From: Penicillus capitatus
Lineage: Eukaryota > Plantae > Chlorophyta
DNA: 64,000 nt
NCBI GenBank assembly: GCA_965649825.1
Contig: OZ287700.1
Span: 248,001-312,000 of the forward strand
Direction of reading: 5' to 3'
Below the pieces are notes generated by a model, which did not search any database, was not told the DNA's origin, and saw nothing but the letters and a program-made list of their open reading frames with translations. Shown piece by piece: positions 34,870 through 47,043 of this stretch. Every line of letters begins with the position of its first letter. Position 1 is the stretch's first letter. Position numbers and translations under genes: made by a program.

Positions 34870-37634
34870 ATGGGGTGCTGCGGAGACGGCGATGCGACTG
34901 CGCTCAAACACCACGTGTGTGTATCCCTCCTCGACTCAGACGAAGGTGTCGTTTCAGGGTATCGTCCAGCAACGTCGATGCCGAGATGTGCTGTGGCTAC
35001 TGGTCTTCATTGCGTTTTGGATCGGCATGTTCGCCGTGTGTGGCGTCGGTCTATCCAAAGGCAAGGAACGACGTGCGCTCTTCTGTCAAGGCGCTGCATT
35101 TAGGCAACCTTGAGCGTCTCGTCTATGGATACGATTCGTACGGTTTTCTCTGCGGAACGGATAACAAGGGAGCATTCGGTGAGGAGGATGGACCAGATCT
35201 GAGCGCGTATCCGAAGCTCTATTATCTGAATGCGATTGAGTTGCTGGATTCGATGCATTTCAAAGCGGCTAAGCGCATCTGTGTCAGCGAATGTCCCAGT
35301 GTCGACGATGTCTGTGACGCACTGGCCAATCCTCTCTGTACCGAAGCGAACCGCTTCCGGCAAGGCGACGTTATAACTGAAACCGACAACATCTCATAGA
35401 TCCAACCTGCACAGGTGTCCTTACTACCGAGTCGCCGAGAAAGAAATCTACAACCACCTTCGCGACGTCGACACATGGCATTCGTCTTACTACGCCGAGC
35501 TCGCCACGTTTTCCGACGCCAATCGCTCATGCGACGGAACCTTCGCTGAGGAGGTGTGTGGGTCCTGTGCACCAACGCATGTACTCAATTTAACGGCGCT
35601 TTGAGTAGATCCTCTCGGATTTTGATGATGGAGGGAGCATATGTGGACAGCTCTATCAGGCGGAGAGCGTCTTGCCCGGATCCGGACCATGCTATCCCGT
35701 TTGGACGGAGACAGTTGACTACTTCAACAGGCAAACGATATCTGCCGCAATGTATGCCTTCTGGATATAGCAGTCGCCTGCGTTTTAGGTGCTTTCCAAA
35801 ATTTGATGCCGATCTGCGGCAGAACTTGACGGGTGAACTCGGCAGTAGCTTAACGTCCTCGACGTTCTCGGCAGTGAAAGAAGAGTTCGGTGGAACGGGC
35901 GAACGGGTTCAGCGCTACGTTGCGGATATTACGAAGGGATGGCTGATCATTTTCGTCGGCGGTCTCTGTACCGCCGTCCTCATTGCCATGGTAACCACCT
36001 TCCAGACGACGGATATCGACCATTCGAGTGCACACCTCTCAGATCTGGCTCTTAATCCTGCGGTACTTTGCCGGGCTGATGGCATGGGCGACCATCTTCG
36101 CCGTCAACGCTGCGTTCATCGGATGCACCGTCTTTGCCTTCGCCCGATCTGGAAGATTAGGCGAAATGGGCTCCGTTGGCGCCGTAAGAATTTCCTCCTC
36201 TCGGGCACAACCCCACCCACCCCGTTCGCGTTTCCTAGTCTATCTCGAGCGCCATTCCTAAAGACGAGGACCCGACGGATGACGAGAGGCAGATTTGGTT
36301 CTATGTCTCCATCGTCGCTGCCGTGTTGACTCTTCTCCTTCTTCTCCTCACCCTACTCATGATCAAACGCATTCGGATCGCCGTTGCCATCATCAAAGTC
36401 TCCCCGCATCCATCTGCCACGACCCCTTTGCATCTGGCATCTAGGTTGCCTGTCAAGCCATCAGCACTATGCCCACGCTGCTCTTCTTCCCTCTTCTTCC
36501 TTTTCTGCTGGAAGTCGGACTCGTTCTCTACTTCGTCTTCATCTCTGCCATGCTCTACAGCGCAGGCGATCTCGTGCCGAAGCTCAGCGAGGCGTCTCAC
36601 ACAACCGACATTCGCTTTGGCATCAATACCTCATCTCTTGCCCTGGAGACACCATCGCCAGAGGGGCACAACATCACGGGAGACATCTCCAGGGAAGCGT
36701 GCGCCTTGGATCCGAACTGTTACTATACTGTTGAGTGGGATAACGCTCTCAAGTATATGTTTCTCTATCACCTTTTCGGTCTCCTCTGGACCAATCAGTT
36801 CATCATTGGACTCGGATACGTCGCCATTGCCGGAGCCGTTGCCAATTTCTACTGGTCTCGGGCGGATCCAAGCTCCAGCAGCTTCTCTCCCGTCCCGAGA
36901 TCGATACACAACACCTTCCGTTATCACTTAGGCAAGAAATCCTCGGCTGCGATCGACCACATGCCCTCCTCTGTGTTGTAGGATCCATCGCATTGGGTTC
37001 TCTCATCGTGGCCATCGTTCAGTTTGTTCGTCTGCTTCTCGAGTACATCGATCGCAGGACCAAGAAGATGCAAGAGAAGGGAAATGCCGTTCTCCAGTAC
37101 ATTATGTGCTGCTTGAAGTGTTTTCTGTGGGTACTGGAGAGGATTATCAAGTTCATCAACCGCAATGCTTACATCATGGTCGCCGTCAAAGGCACAGGCT
37201 ACTGCCAGTCTGCCGGAAGGGCCGTTTCTCTCCTCATCTCCAACGCCCTGCGCCTTGTGGCTGTCAATGTCATTGGCGATGTCTTGCTGTGGTTGGGGAA
37301 GCTAACCGTCACCGGCGGCTGTGGCCTGGTTGCCTTTCTCATGTCCAATTCAGACTACTACACCAATGAAGATGCTCATCCTGATACCTACCTCTCCAGT
37401 CCACTCATGCCCATCGTGATCTCGCTGCTGGTTGGATACGTCGTGGCAGAGCTGTTCTTTGAAGTGTTCGAGATGACGATCGATACCGTTCTCTTGTCTT
37501 TCTGCGAGGACTGCGAATCGCATAACGGCATTCCTGTCTATGCGCCGCCACTGCTCATGACGGCCATTGGTCAGTCCAAAGCGTGGCATGAGCGCCGAGA
37601 GATGAAGGGCGGCAACGATGGGGCCCATTTGTGA
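34870..37634 (+). CDS. CTL1: Choline transporter-like protein (SLC44/CTL1 family), multi-exon
   Basis: MGCC start, RRCRDVLWLLVFIAFWIGM, RLVYGYDSYGFLCG, HLFGLLWTNQFI, YHLGSIALGSLIVAIVQFVR, IKFINRNAYIMVA and IDTVLLSFCEDCE. Confidence 0.92.
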
Positions 37635-37707
37635 ACGCCTTAATGACAAGCATTTAATACATTTGTCACGCTCTTCGCTTTCTGTACGGGCGGCGGGCTG
37701 CTTCAGT

Positions 37708-38580
37708 ATGAATGTAAACGAACGCGATGTCTGGCTCCTGGTCGAAATGGTGAATGTGTCATTGAAGGGTCTCCATCGTCTTCAGCGTGCGGCTGCTTTG
37801 CAGGGCTATTCCGAGAACAGGGCCAGAAAGGCTCTGCTATTCTCGCGCCGTGGGACAATTAGCGACGCTGTGGGTTGGTTGGCTGATCACGAAAGCGACC
37901 CAGATATCGATGCCCCCATTTCCGAACAGGACCTCGAACGCGGCCGCAACTACGCTTTGGGAGTGGCGTCATCCAGTACGAGTGGATGCCCTGTCGTGGG
38001 CGTTCCATCTCTCAGCGGTTCCTTGCCACTCGTTGTCCATCCCGACGGTACATCTCCTATGCGATCCACACCATCTGTCTAAGGCATATGCCAGGGGAGG
38101 AATCGGCAGCGCTGGTCATTGGTGTGAGTGGCGAGTGTAAGGTGGTGCTAGTGGTGCCCAGAGAGCTGAATCTGACGCCTGGCAAACTGGGCAGTCAATG
38201 TGCTCACGCCTCAATCGGCATTTATCGAGTTCTCACTCTTTTGGCAATGTGTGAGATGATGACCATTGCGTCCTGTAGTTAATGCTCACGAATCAAGTCC
38301 CGTGGCTGTCCGCTTGGGAGTCGCAGGGAGAGAAGATGGTGATCTTGGGAGTCGAACACGCAAACACATTGGACACATTAATGGAACAGGCATTGACAAA
38401 GACCCTCCTCGTCTACACCGTACCTTCTCACACATCTATAAGAGTGACCGTAACCGTCTGGCACACCAGGTCAATGACGCCGGCCTGACGGAGGTGCAAC
38501 CGGGTACACAGACCGTGTTGGCGATCGGCGGCTTAGCCGAAGTGGTTGATGAAGTGACAGGTCATCTCAGCATCTACTAA
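37708..38580 (+). CDS. PTH2: UBA domain - peptidyl-tRNA hydrolase 2 fusion protein, multi-exon
   Basis: UBA LVEM|GYSENRARKALL...SDAVGWLADHESDPDID, then PTH2 KVVLVVPRELNLTPGKLGSQCAHA...WESQGEKMVIL...DAGLTEVQPGTQTVLAIG. Confidence 0.88.
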
Positions 38581-38845
38581 TCGCACGCATTCAGCTAGAG
38601 GAATTTATCACCGATCACTGTTTTGTCTTCGATGACGTCTCACTCTTTGTGATAGAAACACACATGCGTGCAGCAGAAATGATCATTAGGCTCTTATGGC
38701 GATGTGTCCAAGGCAGCGTCGAAGCATAAATGTGCACAGAAAGAATGAAATAAACAACGAATGGAAACCACGGACGACCACCTCAGTCAGGATCAAAAAC
38801 AATCCAACCCATCCCTCTGCACCACAGCATTGCAGATCATTTTGA

Positions 38846-40557
38846 TCACAGGATGCATCTTACGCTCTTTCTCAGGGCACTGGGTGTTGCATAGCTATAG
38901 CCTTGGAAGGCCTGAAAGACATTCGGATGATTTGGAGTGCTACAAGGACTGTCCACTGCTGGCATGTTTCGAAATCGTTTATCCACGTTGCCTACGGTAT
39001 CACCATCGTCGATATGGTCTGGACAGAAGTGTGACCTCTGTTGCTGTACTTGTGTGCGTTTTTGACTCGGGCTGAAAAGGAGAGGCGACACAGCGCCGTT
39101 CGATCTCATCCCATTTCACTTTCTTAAAGAAAGGATGCGATCGAATCCGCTCTCCATTTCGCTGTCTCTCGGCGGCGTCTTTGCAAAGAAGGCCTTGTAT
39201 CAAACTCCATGCTGGATCACTACAGTATCCTGCGCAACAGACAGCGCGGCTCAGGTGGGGTCAGGGAGGAAGCGGCAGGCACATACGTGGTTTGCGAATC
39301 TTCCCTGCGGTAATTCTGTTCATCAGCTTCTTTCTGTCCGTTTCTGTGATTTCTGTTTTTTTATTGGGGTAATCAAACGGCGGCTCTCCGTTAATCATTT
39401 CGTACACTAAGATCCTGCATGGACAGCAACCGTGTGGTCAGGCACGCTTCCGTTCATGGTGTGATACCCACCCAATGCTCCACCAGTCCACTGCTGCTGT
39501 GTGTTCTTTGCCGTGTATCACTTCCGGTGCCATGTACTGTAAGGTTCCCACAAAACTGCTGGCTCGAGTCTCGCCGTTTTCCACGTTTTCTTTGCTCAAG
39601 CCAAAGTCTGTTACTTTGATGTGACCATCTCGATCCATCAGAACATTCTCCGGTTTCAAATCTCGGTGCAGAATTCTTTGGCCGTGCAAAAAACTGACGG
39701 CCGAAATCAGCTCGGCGGCGTAGAATCGTGTCTGCTGCTCCGTAAAGCATCCCTACATGTCCACACCCACTCACACACCTCCCGGCGCATCCGAGGCCGA
39801 CCTTCTGATAGAGCTGATAGAACAAATGCCCCCCGGTGAGAAACTCCAGAATCAAGTACAGCTTGTGCTTGGTCTGCAACGGCACGATCAGAGAAAGCAA
39901 ACGCGCCGCCGTGGCTGACTTGGAAAGAAAAGTACAGTTGGACAATGTATGGATGCTTGAGGGATGTGAGACAGTCGCGTTCGGACCATACGTACTGAGC
40001 ATGGTCCTTTTCCAAAATGCTTTCTTTCTTCATCACTTTCATCGCGTAGATCTGTCCAGAATCTTTTTTCTTGACTTGAAAAACCTGTCGGACGGGATGC
40101 GGGGAGAGATGGCTTGGTGGGATGGCAGGGGTACTTTGCCGAAGGCGCCTTGTCCAATGACGGCCAGGATTTCGAAATCCGATGGGCCCAGTTTCGCCGC
40201 ACCCGTCTCGGCCTCTTCTTCGATGGTGCAGGAATGTCTGAGAGAGACGCTGAGAGGCTTTTCGGTGGCCGATTGCATCGTCTGTTCTTCTGGGATGTCA
40301 TCAAGACTGATGACGGAACGGCTGCGTCGATGGTCGAAGGAATTTTCGCGCTGCCCGTGTTCAAACACATCGTCGAAGCTCAGCTCATCACCCGCCGAGA
40401 CCACGGTGCCTTGTGTCTCTTCCTTTGGACTCTTGGGAGCCGTTGTGCGAAAAGGCGTGGTGTCGTGGGCTGGAGACGACAGTGGCACAGCCGAGTACCG
40501 ATTCCACGATGCGCCGCCACTTGCATTCTCCCATGGAGACACAGCAGCGTCCGACAT
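38846..40557 (-). CDS. S6K: AGC-family kinase, ribosomal protein S6 kinase-like, multi-exon
   Basis: GPSDFEILAVIGQGAFGKV, YAMKVMKK, HRDLKPEN, DFG, FVGTLQYMAPE, VDWWSI, and an AGC C-tail SPFQP...FQAFQGYSY (hydrophobic motif). Confidence 0.88.
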
Positions 40558-40712
40558 CAGGCTCGATGATAAGAAAGGCAAATTGGGCGTTGCGTTAGGG
40601 ACGCGGTGAGGTGACACATCTCGCTGTCATCGATCACCGTGACGTAACCCTGCCTTCACGCAGTGGACGCTGTTTGCAGTAGTAGGGACGACGCAAAGGA
40701 TACCGTGGCGTC

Positions 40713-41351
40713 ATGCGTGTTGCGTTTCGTTGGTTTGCGGCGTGGTGGTGTCTCTGTGTTGCGACGGTTGTCCAATGCGAGTGGTGTGGGAATGAAGACT
40801 GCTACGATATCCTTAAGTACTACGATAGACGCTCTCCGCTGTGCCGATTCTCTGTGTTGAACGGGTAGAGTGACTCAGAGGGCGACCACTGCCGAAATCC
40901 GAAGCGCCTACAGAAAACTCTCCCTACAGTATCACCCAGTCACGCACTCCACTGTGTGCCGTGCCCATTGAGTGATCGATGGTGTGATGTGACAGGATAA
41001 GAACAAAGCGGCGGGTAACACAGACGACAGGTTCCGTCGCATTGCGACGGCCTATGCCATTCTGAGCGACGAGAGAAAGCGAAGCAGATACGATTATGCC
41101 ATTCGAAATCCTGAGGGATGGATCGACGAGGATGGGAACTATAACGACGAGCCAGGATCGCTCGATTATAATATCGTCTTGGTGTGCATACTTGTGGGAT
41201 GCATGTTCTTTGCCGCCGCAATAAGGTGGATCACATATCAAGTAAGCACCATGGCATATGTGATCTAATTGATCCACCATGGGATCAGGAGTTTTGGGGC
41301 GGCGCTCCAGCGAAGACGAAAAAGAGTAAAAAGAATGGAAAGAAAACGTAA
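40713..41351 (+). CDS. Signal-peptide J-domain protein with TM segment (DNAJC25/ERdj7-like), multi-exon
   Basis: Spliced WCGNEDCYDIL...AEIRSAYRKLSLQYHP|DKNK...FRRIATAYAILSDERKRSRYD, with the HPD motif spanning an intron. Hydrophobic IVLVCILVGCMFFAAAI and a Lys-rich tail follow. Confidence 0.82.
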
Positions 41352-41522
41352 TAATCGTCTTTGCGCTTCATATGCGAAAAAGGTTTCTGACTTCAAGACA
41401 CGCTTAAAATGCATTCTTTTTAACAAAAGAGTATGGCTGTCACATCATTGTCGGATCCGTCTGGAAGGCTTCGATGGCTCAACGGGTGTCATCTTTGTTC
41501 CGAAGAGTGACGTCGTCGCTCT

Positions 41523-42665
41523 TCATCCACTTTGGCGGAAATCGGGCCATTGGAAGACCAGAGCGACTGCGAGAAAGGCTGCCGTATTGACAATGACCGG
41601 CAGACGATCATCCGTTCGTGCGATGATTGGACCCAGTCCCAAATTCACAAACAGAATCAGCCATAGAGGTGAGAAGACCAGAATCCAGCCCAGTCGCTGA
41701 TAGAGAGCCTCTGTCGTACGACACGCGTTCGTTAGTTGGCAGACAGGAGAGAGATTGCCGACCTGCATCTAGTTTGGATGAGAAGCCGAGGACAACGCCT
41801 CCGGCCAGGGATACCCACAGTGTTGCCAGAAACTGATCGGTGGATAGACCGGGAACGACGCCGCAGCCTTCGGGCCGCGCCAGGCACACTTTTAAGCTGT
41901 CGACAATACCATCCACCGCTGCAGCCTCACCCTAGTGTCCAAGACGGCGCTCTGTCAAGCGGTCTCCCTTTGTTGTCGATATAGGTACACCTCTTGGCGA
42001 ACGAAGAAGAGATTTCCGAACCGTGACTGCAGTTCCACCCAAAACGGTCGCTTGAGTTTTGCCTGGATATCATCTCCGATGTACCGGAATGCAACGATGT
42101 TGGGGGATGAAGGATCGAAAGCCACAATCACAGTCTTATCATCTGGCTTCCACGCCTCACTGTGTGACATTCACGACAAAGAGTGAGAAGACGTAGCCGG
42201 GTGACCCACCGGATATCGGATTCCGTGAGACGCAATTCTCCTTGGTATCCAGAAAGGAGACGAATGCGCCATCCCGTATCTCTAGACCGTGTGATCAGAG
42301 AGCAGACGAAAAAAGAGTGAGATACTGTTCGAATTGGATGAGAGCGTCGTTTGTTTGCTGTCTCTTTCCTGTCGGTATCACTTTTGCGGCATCCAACTAC
42401 ACAGCCATCACCTCATATGCCTTCCGGAAGATCTCACTCATCACACAATCGCGTTTTGAGAGGACAGGGCGTCGGTGAGCGATGCCTGGGCATCGACGAC
42501 GTGACAACCGAAAAGCAAGAGACCTGTCAAGCATCCTCCACACAGAGCCCGTCCCCATTCCACGCAGCGCCCTTGCTGATCGTTATGTCGCCGAAGGGCC
42601 GACGCTCGTGGAGCAGAGGGTCGCGTCGGGGCGGCGATCGGAATGCGCGTCGTTGATGCCATCAT
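41523..42665 (-). CDS. Hypothetical multi-pass membrane protein, probably plastid-targeted
   Basis: Transit-like MMASTTRIPIAAPTRPSAPRASALRR. Exons include IQAKLKRPFWVELQSR and hydrophobic FLATLWVSLAGGVVLGF, LGWILVFSPLWLILFVNLGLG and VIVNTAAFLAVALVFQW. Confidence 0.6.
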
Positions 42666-42699
42666 CAAACGCGATTCATCACCGCCGTCGTTCGAAACG

Positions 42700-45600
42700 A
42701 TGCAAGGCGTCTTCTTACCGCAACGCCCTGGCGTCTCCTGTCGCCTCACGCATCGCCGCCGAGTTTCTCGTCGTCGGGCCGCTAAACCTGCACGACGCGT
42801 CGGGCGTTACACCTCTCTCATCCTCCGCGCCAGTGTATCCACCCCTATCCCGTCGCCCACCAACCACCCATTCCTTATCTACTAGGCCGAGCCGAACAAA
42901 CCCGTTCGAATCAACGGATCGGACGATGTCGCGAGTCTGGCGAAGATCGCGGCGGAGTTATCCGTAAAATCGTCGACACCTGTGCGCAAGACGGAAGAGA
43001 AGGTGACGACAGAGAGCAAGCCCGTGTCGACCGATGCGCCTGCCACACCTGCGAAGTCAAAATTTCTCTTCGAGAAGAAGAGTAGCTCCAGTACGGCACC
43101 AAAGGTGGAGCCCGTAGGTACGTTCGCGAACAAACGAACGCAGATCATGGTCGATGGGGTGGACGACGCTGACCGAGTTTCAGAATGGTTTAGGGTCGCC
43201 CTCTGGATCCGGCCATACCTCGCAATGCGTCCGATCCTTGCGAAATTGTTGGCGTCCCTTGAATGCATGCAATGATCTTTTTGATCCATGATCCATATGA
43301 TCCTCAACTGCTCTGTGTTAGTGTCCAAGGACCCGACCTTCACGATCCCGCCTCAATCGATGGACGGAGTCACCGAAGACGTTAAGGGACTGACGCTCAA
43401 AGACATGACACATAAAGACGATGTCTATAACATCGAGCTCAATTGGCTGGCCTTCAATTGGAGAGTGCTCCATATGGCTGCCGAAGTGCGGGTCACTCTT
43501 TTGAGTGAGATGTGTGAGAATCTCTGCGGTATTAGGAATCGATTCCGTTGTTCGAGCGGCTGAAATTCTTGGCCATTACGACGAGCAATTTGGACGAGTT
43601 TTTCTGCAAACGTGTTGGGGGCCTGATGCGACAACGAGCAGCTGGAATGGCCAATCTCGTCAAAATGAAGCAGAGATGGTCACCTACTTACCAACTGGAA
43701 CTCGTCTCCAAAGTCCCATCATATCACACATTGCCCACACGATCTCACACTTTTGCATGATAGGAAGTGCGAAACATGGTGAAATGGCAGACAAACGCCT
43801 TTTTCGAAAAGATTCTGCCGGCCTTTAAAGAGGAAGGCTTTCGCATCTTGAAGCATTCAGACATCAATGCCGAGGGCGCGAAGTGTGTCAAGAGTATTTT
43901 TAAGAATGAGATCGAGTCGCTGTTGACGCCGATTAAACTCGATCCCGGCCATCCATTTCCTATACTTCCTTCCAAGAGTATCAATCTCGCCGTTCTTTTG
44001 GAAGATCCCAGAGACAACGAGCAGAAACTCGAATGTGCGATCGTCAATGTGCCGCAAGGGGCGTTCAAGAAATGGAGAAGGATCAATGAGGAGTACGCAT
44101 TGGAAGACGCGTCGTGGACGAGCGGCTACCTTCCCGTCGAAGAGATCATTACCCATCACATCGGTGAGCTCTTCGGTGGCATGAAGATCATCGGTGTTCA
44201 TCCATTCCGTGTCACACGTAATGCCGACATCGAACGCAACGAAGAGGAAGCGGAAGACCTGCTGGCAATGATCGCTGCAGAGCTACGCGAGCGAAAGTGT
44301 GTGAGAAAGAGTGACCAATAGGCTTTCGATGTCCTTCATGTGTATGTTTCTAGATTTGCTCCGTTCGTGCGTCTGGAAATCAATGAAGGCGCTCCGGATG
44401 ATCTTATTGATCTGCTCACGTCCGAACTGCATTTGGATTTTGATCAGGACGTGTACAAGATTGATCGTCTGGTCGACCAGAGTGATCTCTTTGAGCTCAT
44501 GGCTTTGGCAGAAGAATTCGTGCAGAATACGCTTCTCTACCCTCGAGCTCTGCCACAGAACAACCATCGATTGGCACCGAAGACCCTCAGACGCAAAGAT
44601 CTGAACAGATCTGGATCGAGCTGGAAAGACAGACGCAGCATTTTCTCCATCATCCGGTCTCTGCCTGTTACTGCCTCATGATGTGACAGGTCTGTGGTGC
44701 AGGGATGGGGATATCTTGGTTCATCACCCTTACCAAAGCTTCGACTCCTCGACGCTACGATTCCTGGAAGAATCGGCGAGCGACCCGAATGTCTTGGCTA
44801 TCAAGACAACGGTCTACCGTACATCGACGAACAGTCCTTTCATCGATGCCCTCCTGACGGCGCGCGAAAACGGCAAGACAGTGACGGCATTGGTCGAAAT
44901 CAAGGCCAGATTCGACGAAGCGCATAATATGAACATTGTCAAGACGCTGGAACAGGCGGGATGTCATGTGGCCTATGGACTGGTCGGGGTCAAAACACAC
45001 TGCAAGACGATACTAGTCGTGCGCCGCGAGAAGAATGCGCCCAACGGATTGCGCACGTATGCCCATACAGGCACAGGGAACTATCACCCGTCCACCGCTC
45101 GGCTGTATACCGACTTCGGTTTGCTGACCTGCGATCCGGATCTCTGTCGAGATGTTGTCGATCTCTTCAAGCATCTGACAGGAATGCACAACCAGAAATC
45201 TGTCGGCGGCTTCCGTAAACTCATCGTGTGCAGCGAATTTATGCAGAAGCAGTTCCTCGATCTGATCGATAGCGAGATCGAAAACGCCAAGGCTGGAAAG
45301 CCGGCGGCCATCTGTCTGAAAATGAATGGCCTGGATGAAAGGGTCATGGTTCAGAAACTGTACGAGGCCAGTCAGGCAGGTGTCCGTATCGACTGCATTG
45401 TCCGTGGCATCTGCCGCCTTCGACCTGGCGTCCAAGAGTTCAGCGAGAATATCCGAGTGATCAGTATTCTCGGCAGATATCTGGAGCACGATCGCGTTGT
45501 CTGTTTCCACAACAATGGCGATCCTCTGTACTTTCTTGGATCTGCCGATTGGCTGCCGCGGAATCTTTATGATCGGGTTGAGGTTGTCGCTCCTGTTCGC

Positions 45601-45958
45601 GACGAGAACCTCAAGACAAAGCTACGCGATTACTTGAGCATCTGTCTGTTTGACAAACAGGACGCGTGGGAGCTTCTCCCATCTCAAAGGTGTGACCATT
45701 TGAGTGAGAATGCCGCGGTGAAGTGGCTTTGTGGATAGGTATCAGAAGCCAGCGACACGAACGGAAGAGGCGACACTGGCGGCGCCGCTCATTGGTCACC
45801 CAGAGCCGACGAAGCTGAAGTGCCTGGCGGCGGAGTTAGGAACGCAGGATGCATTGATCCAACTCTACAGCCTGGAAAGCAAGACAGCCGTATCCTGGAG
45901 CAGCGAGAACGCCGACATCGACATCAAGAAAGAAAAGCTCGCCGTCGTCGCAGAATAG
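42700..45958 (+). CDS. ppk1: Polyphosphate kinase 1 (bacterial-type PPK1) with a predicted N-terminal targeting extension, multi-exon
   Basis: [45 protein letters not shown], autophosphorylation site [43 protein letters not shown] and [10 protein letters not shown]. Confidence 0.95.
43493..43508. repeat. Intronic mini-hairpin TCACTC-TTTT-GAGTGA (overlapping forward and reverse copies of the intronic motif)
   Basis: Read directly inside the PPK1 intron GTGCGGGTCACTCTTTTGAGTGAGATGTGTGAGAATCTCTGCGGTATTAG. Confidence 0.75.
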
Positions 45959-46123
45959 AAATGAACTCGTAGGGCACGTCCTCCGCAACGCATTCATTGG
46001 GCTCTTGAATCTTAACTCAGATCGATAGGTGTATCTCTGGCGGTCTTTTGTGGGAAACGGTGAGAAGGGATGCAGGCAACGTTATTTAAGTGTGAGATGA
46101 TGATGACAGAATCTGTCACGTGC

Positions 46124-47019
46124 CTAAAGCGCAGCGGCGTTTTGCACAAACCCACGTCGAATGGCCAAAATGAACGCCTTGAGATTGTTACTCCGCTTGA
46201 GATCTTCCACCAGCGCCTCCACATTGGGCAGAATGGGCTCACACTTGGTCACTGCATCACACATTTCAAAGCCGCGCTGTCGAGTGGTCACACATTTGAC
46301 CTTGATAGGTTTGTTGGTCATCTCCCAGTGTCATAAACAGGGTGAACGTCTCTTGCGGATGGCGCTCCGAGATTCTGTCGAATGCAAAGCGAATCATCGA
46401 CCCCTGCCGTTCAAAATTTAATCCTAATGCCGTACGGTACTTCTCTCTTTTCTTCTCCATCTCCTGCCATCGTCTCTCCCATACCTCTTCTCTCTCTTTT
46501 GCCTCTATCACGCTCCAAAGAATAAGATGGCGTTCTCACTCTTTCTGTGATGTGACATTACTTCTTTGGGTCAGTTCCAACGATCTCTTCAGTTGTGTGA
46601 TCTCACGCTTTTTTTCATCCAAAGCTGCTTGAAGGGAAGGAATCTCGTGCTGGCGCTTATAGGCTGTTTTTTCGAGCTCCTCTTTCTCCAGGTGTCGTGC
46701 ACAGATTTCTGTCAGTAGGCGACATTGGAAACCTCGATGTCAATGTGGGCCTTATACTTTGATGCGTCGCTTCTGCCTCGTCACAGAGAATACGAATCCT
46801 CTCGTCCGCCGTTCGCTGTGTTTCTTCGCATTTGGAACAACCACAAGCGTTTCGCAAAGAGCGTCGAATCGCGAAAGCGGAAGGACCTCGCAGGTGCTGC
46901 AAATTTTTATCATGTTCTTGGAGTAACGCCGTCAAGTCGGTGCGAGATTTCTCAGCGCATGCTTCGATTTCTCGAAGCAATACGCCAGCTTCGTTTTCGA
47001 GAATCGTTCTGTCCAGCAT
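46124..47019 (-). CDS. SPC25: Kinetochore NDC80-complex subunit SPC25, multi-exon
   Basis: Coiled-coil N-terminus followed by the RWD-like Spc25 domain YRTALGLNFERQG..IRFAFDRISERHPQETFTLF...VTKCEPILPNVEALVEDLKRSNNLKAFILAIRRGF. Confidence 0.85.
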
Positions 47020-47043
47020 CGAAGCCACTGGTGTCGAGGATCT

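Noticed and set aside
34915-34939. Possible 25-nt micro-intron in CTL1
   Set aside because: A second in-frame acceptor 18 nt downstream gives a 43-nt intron close to the window norm, so no exceptional intron is needed.
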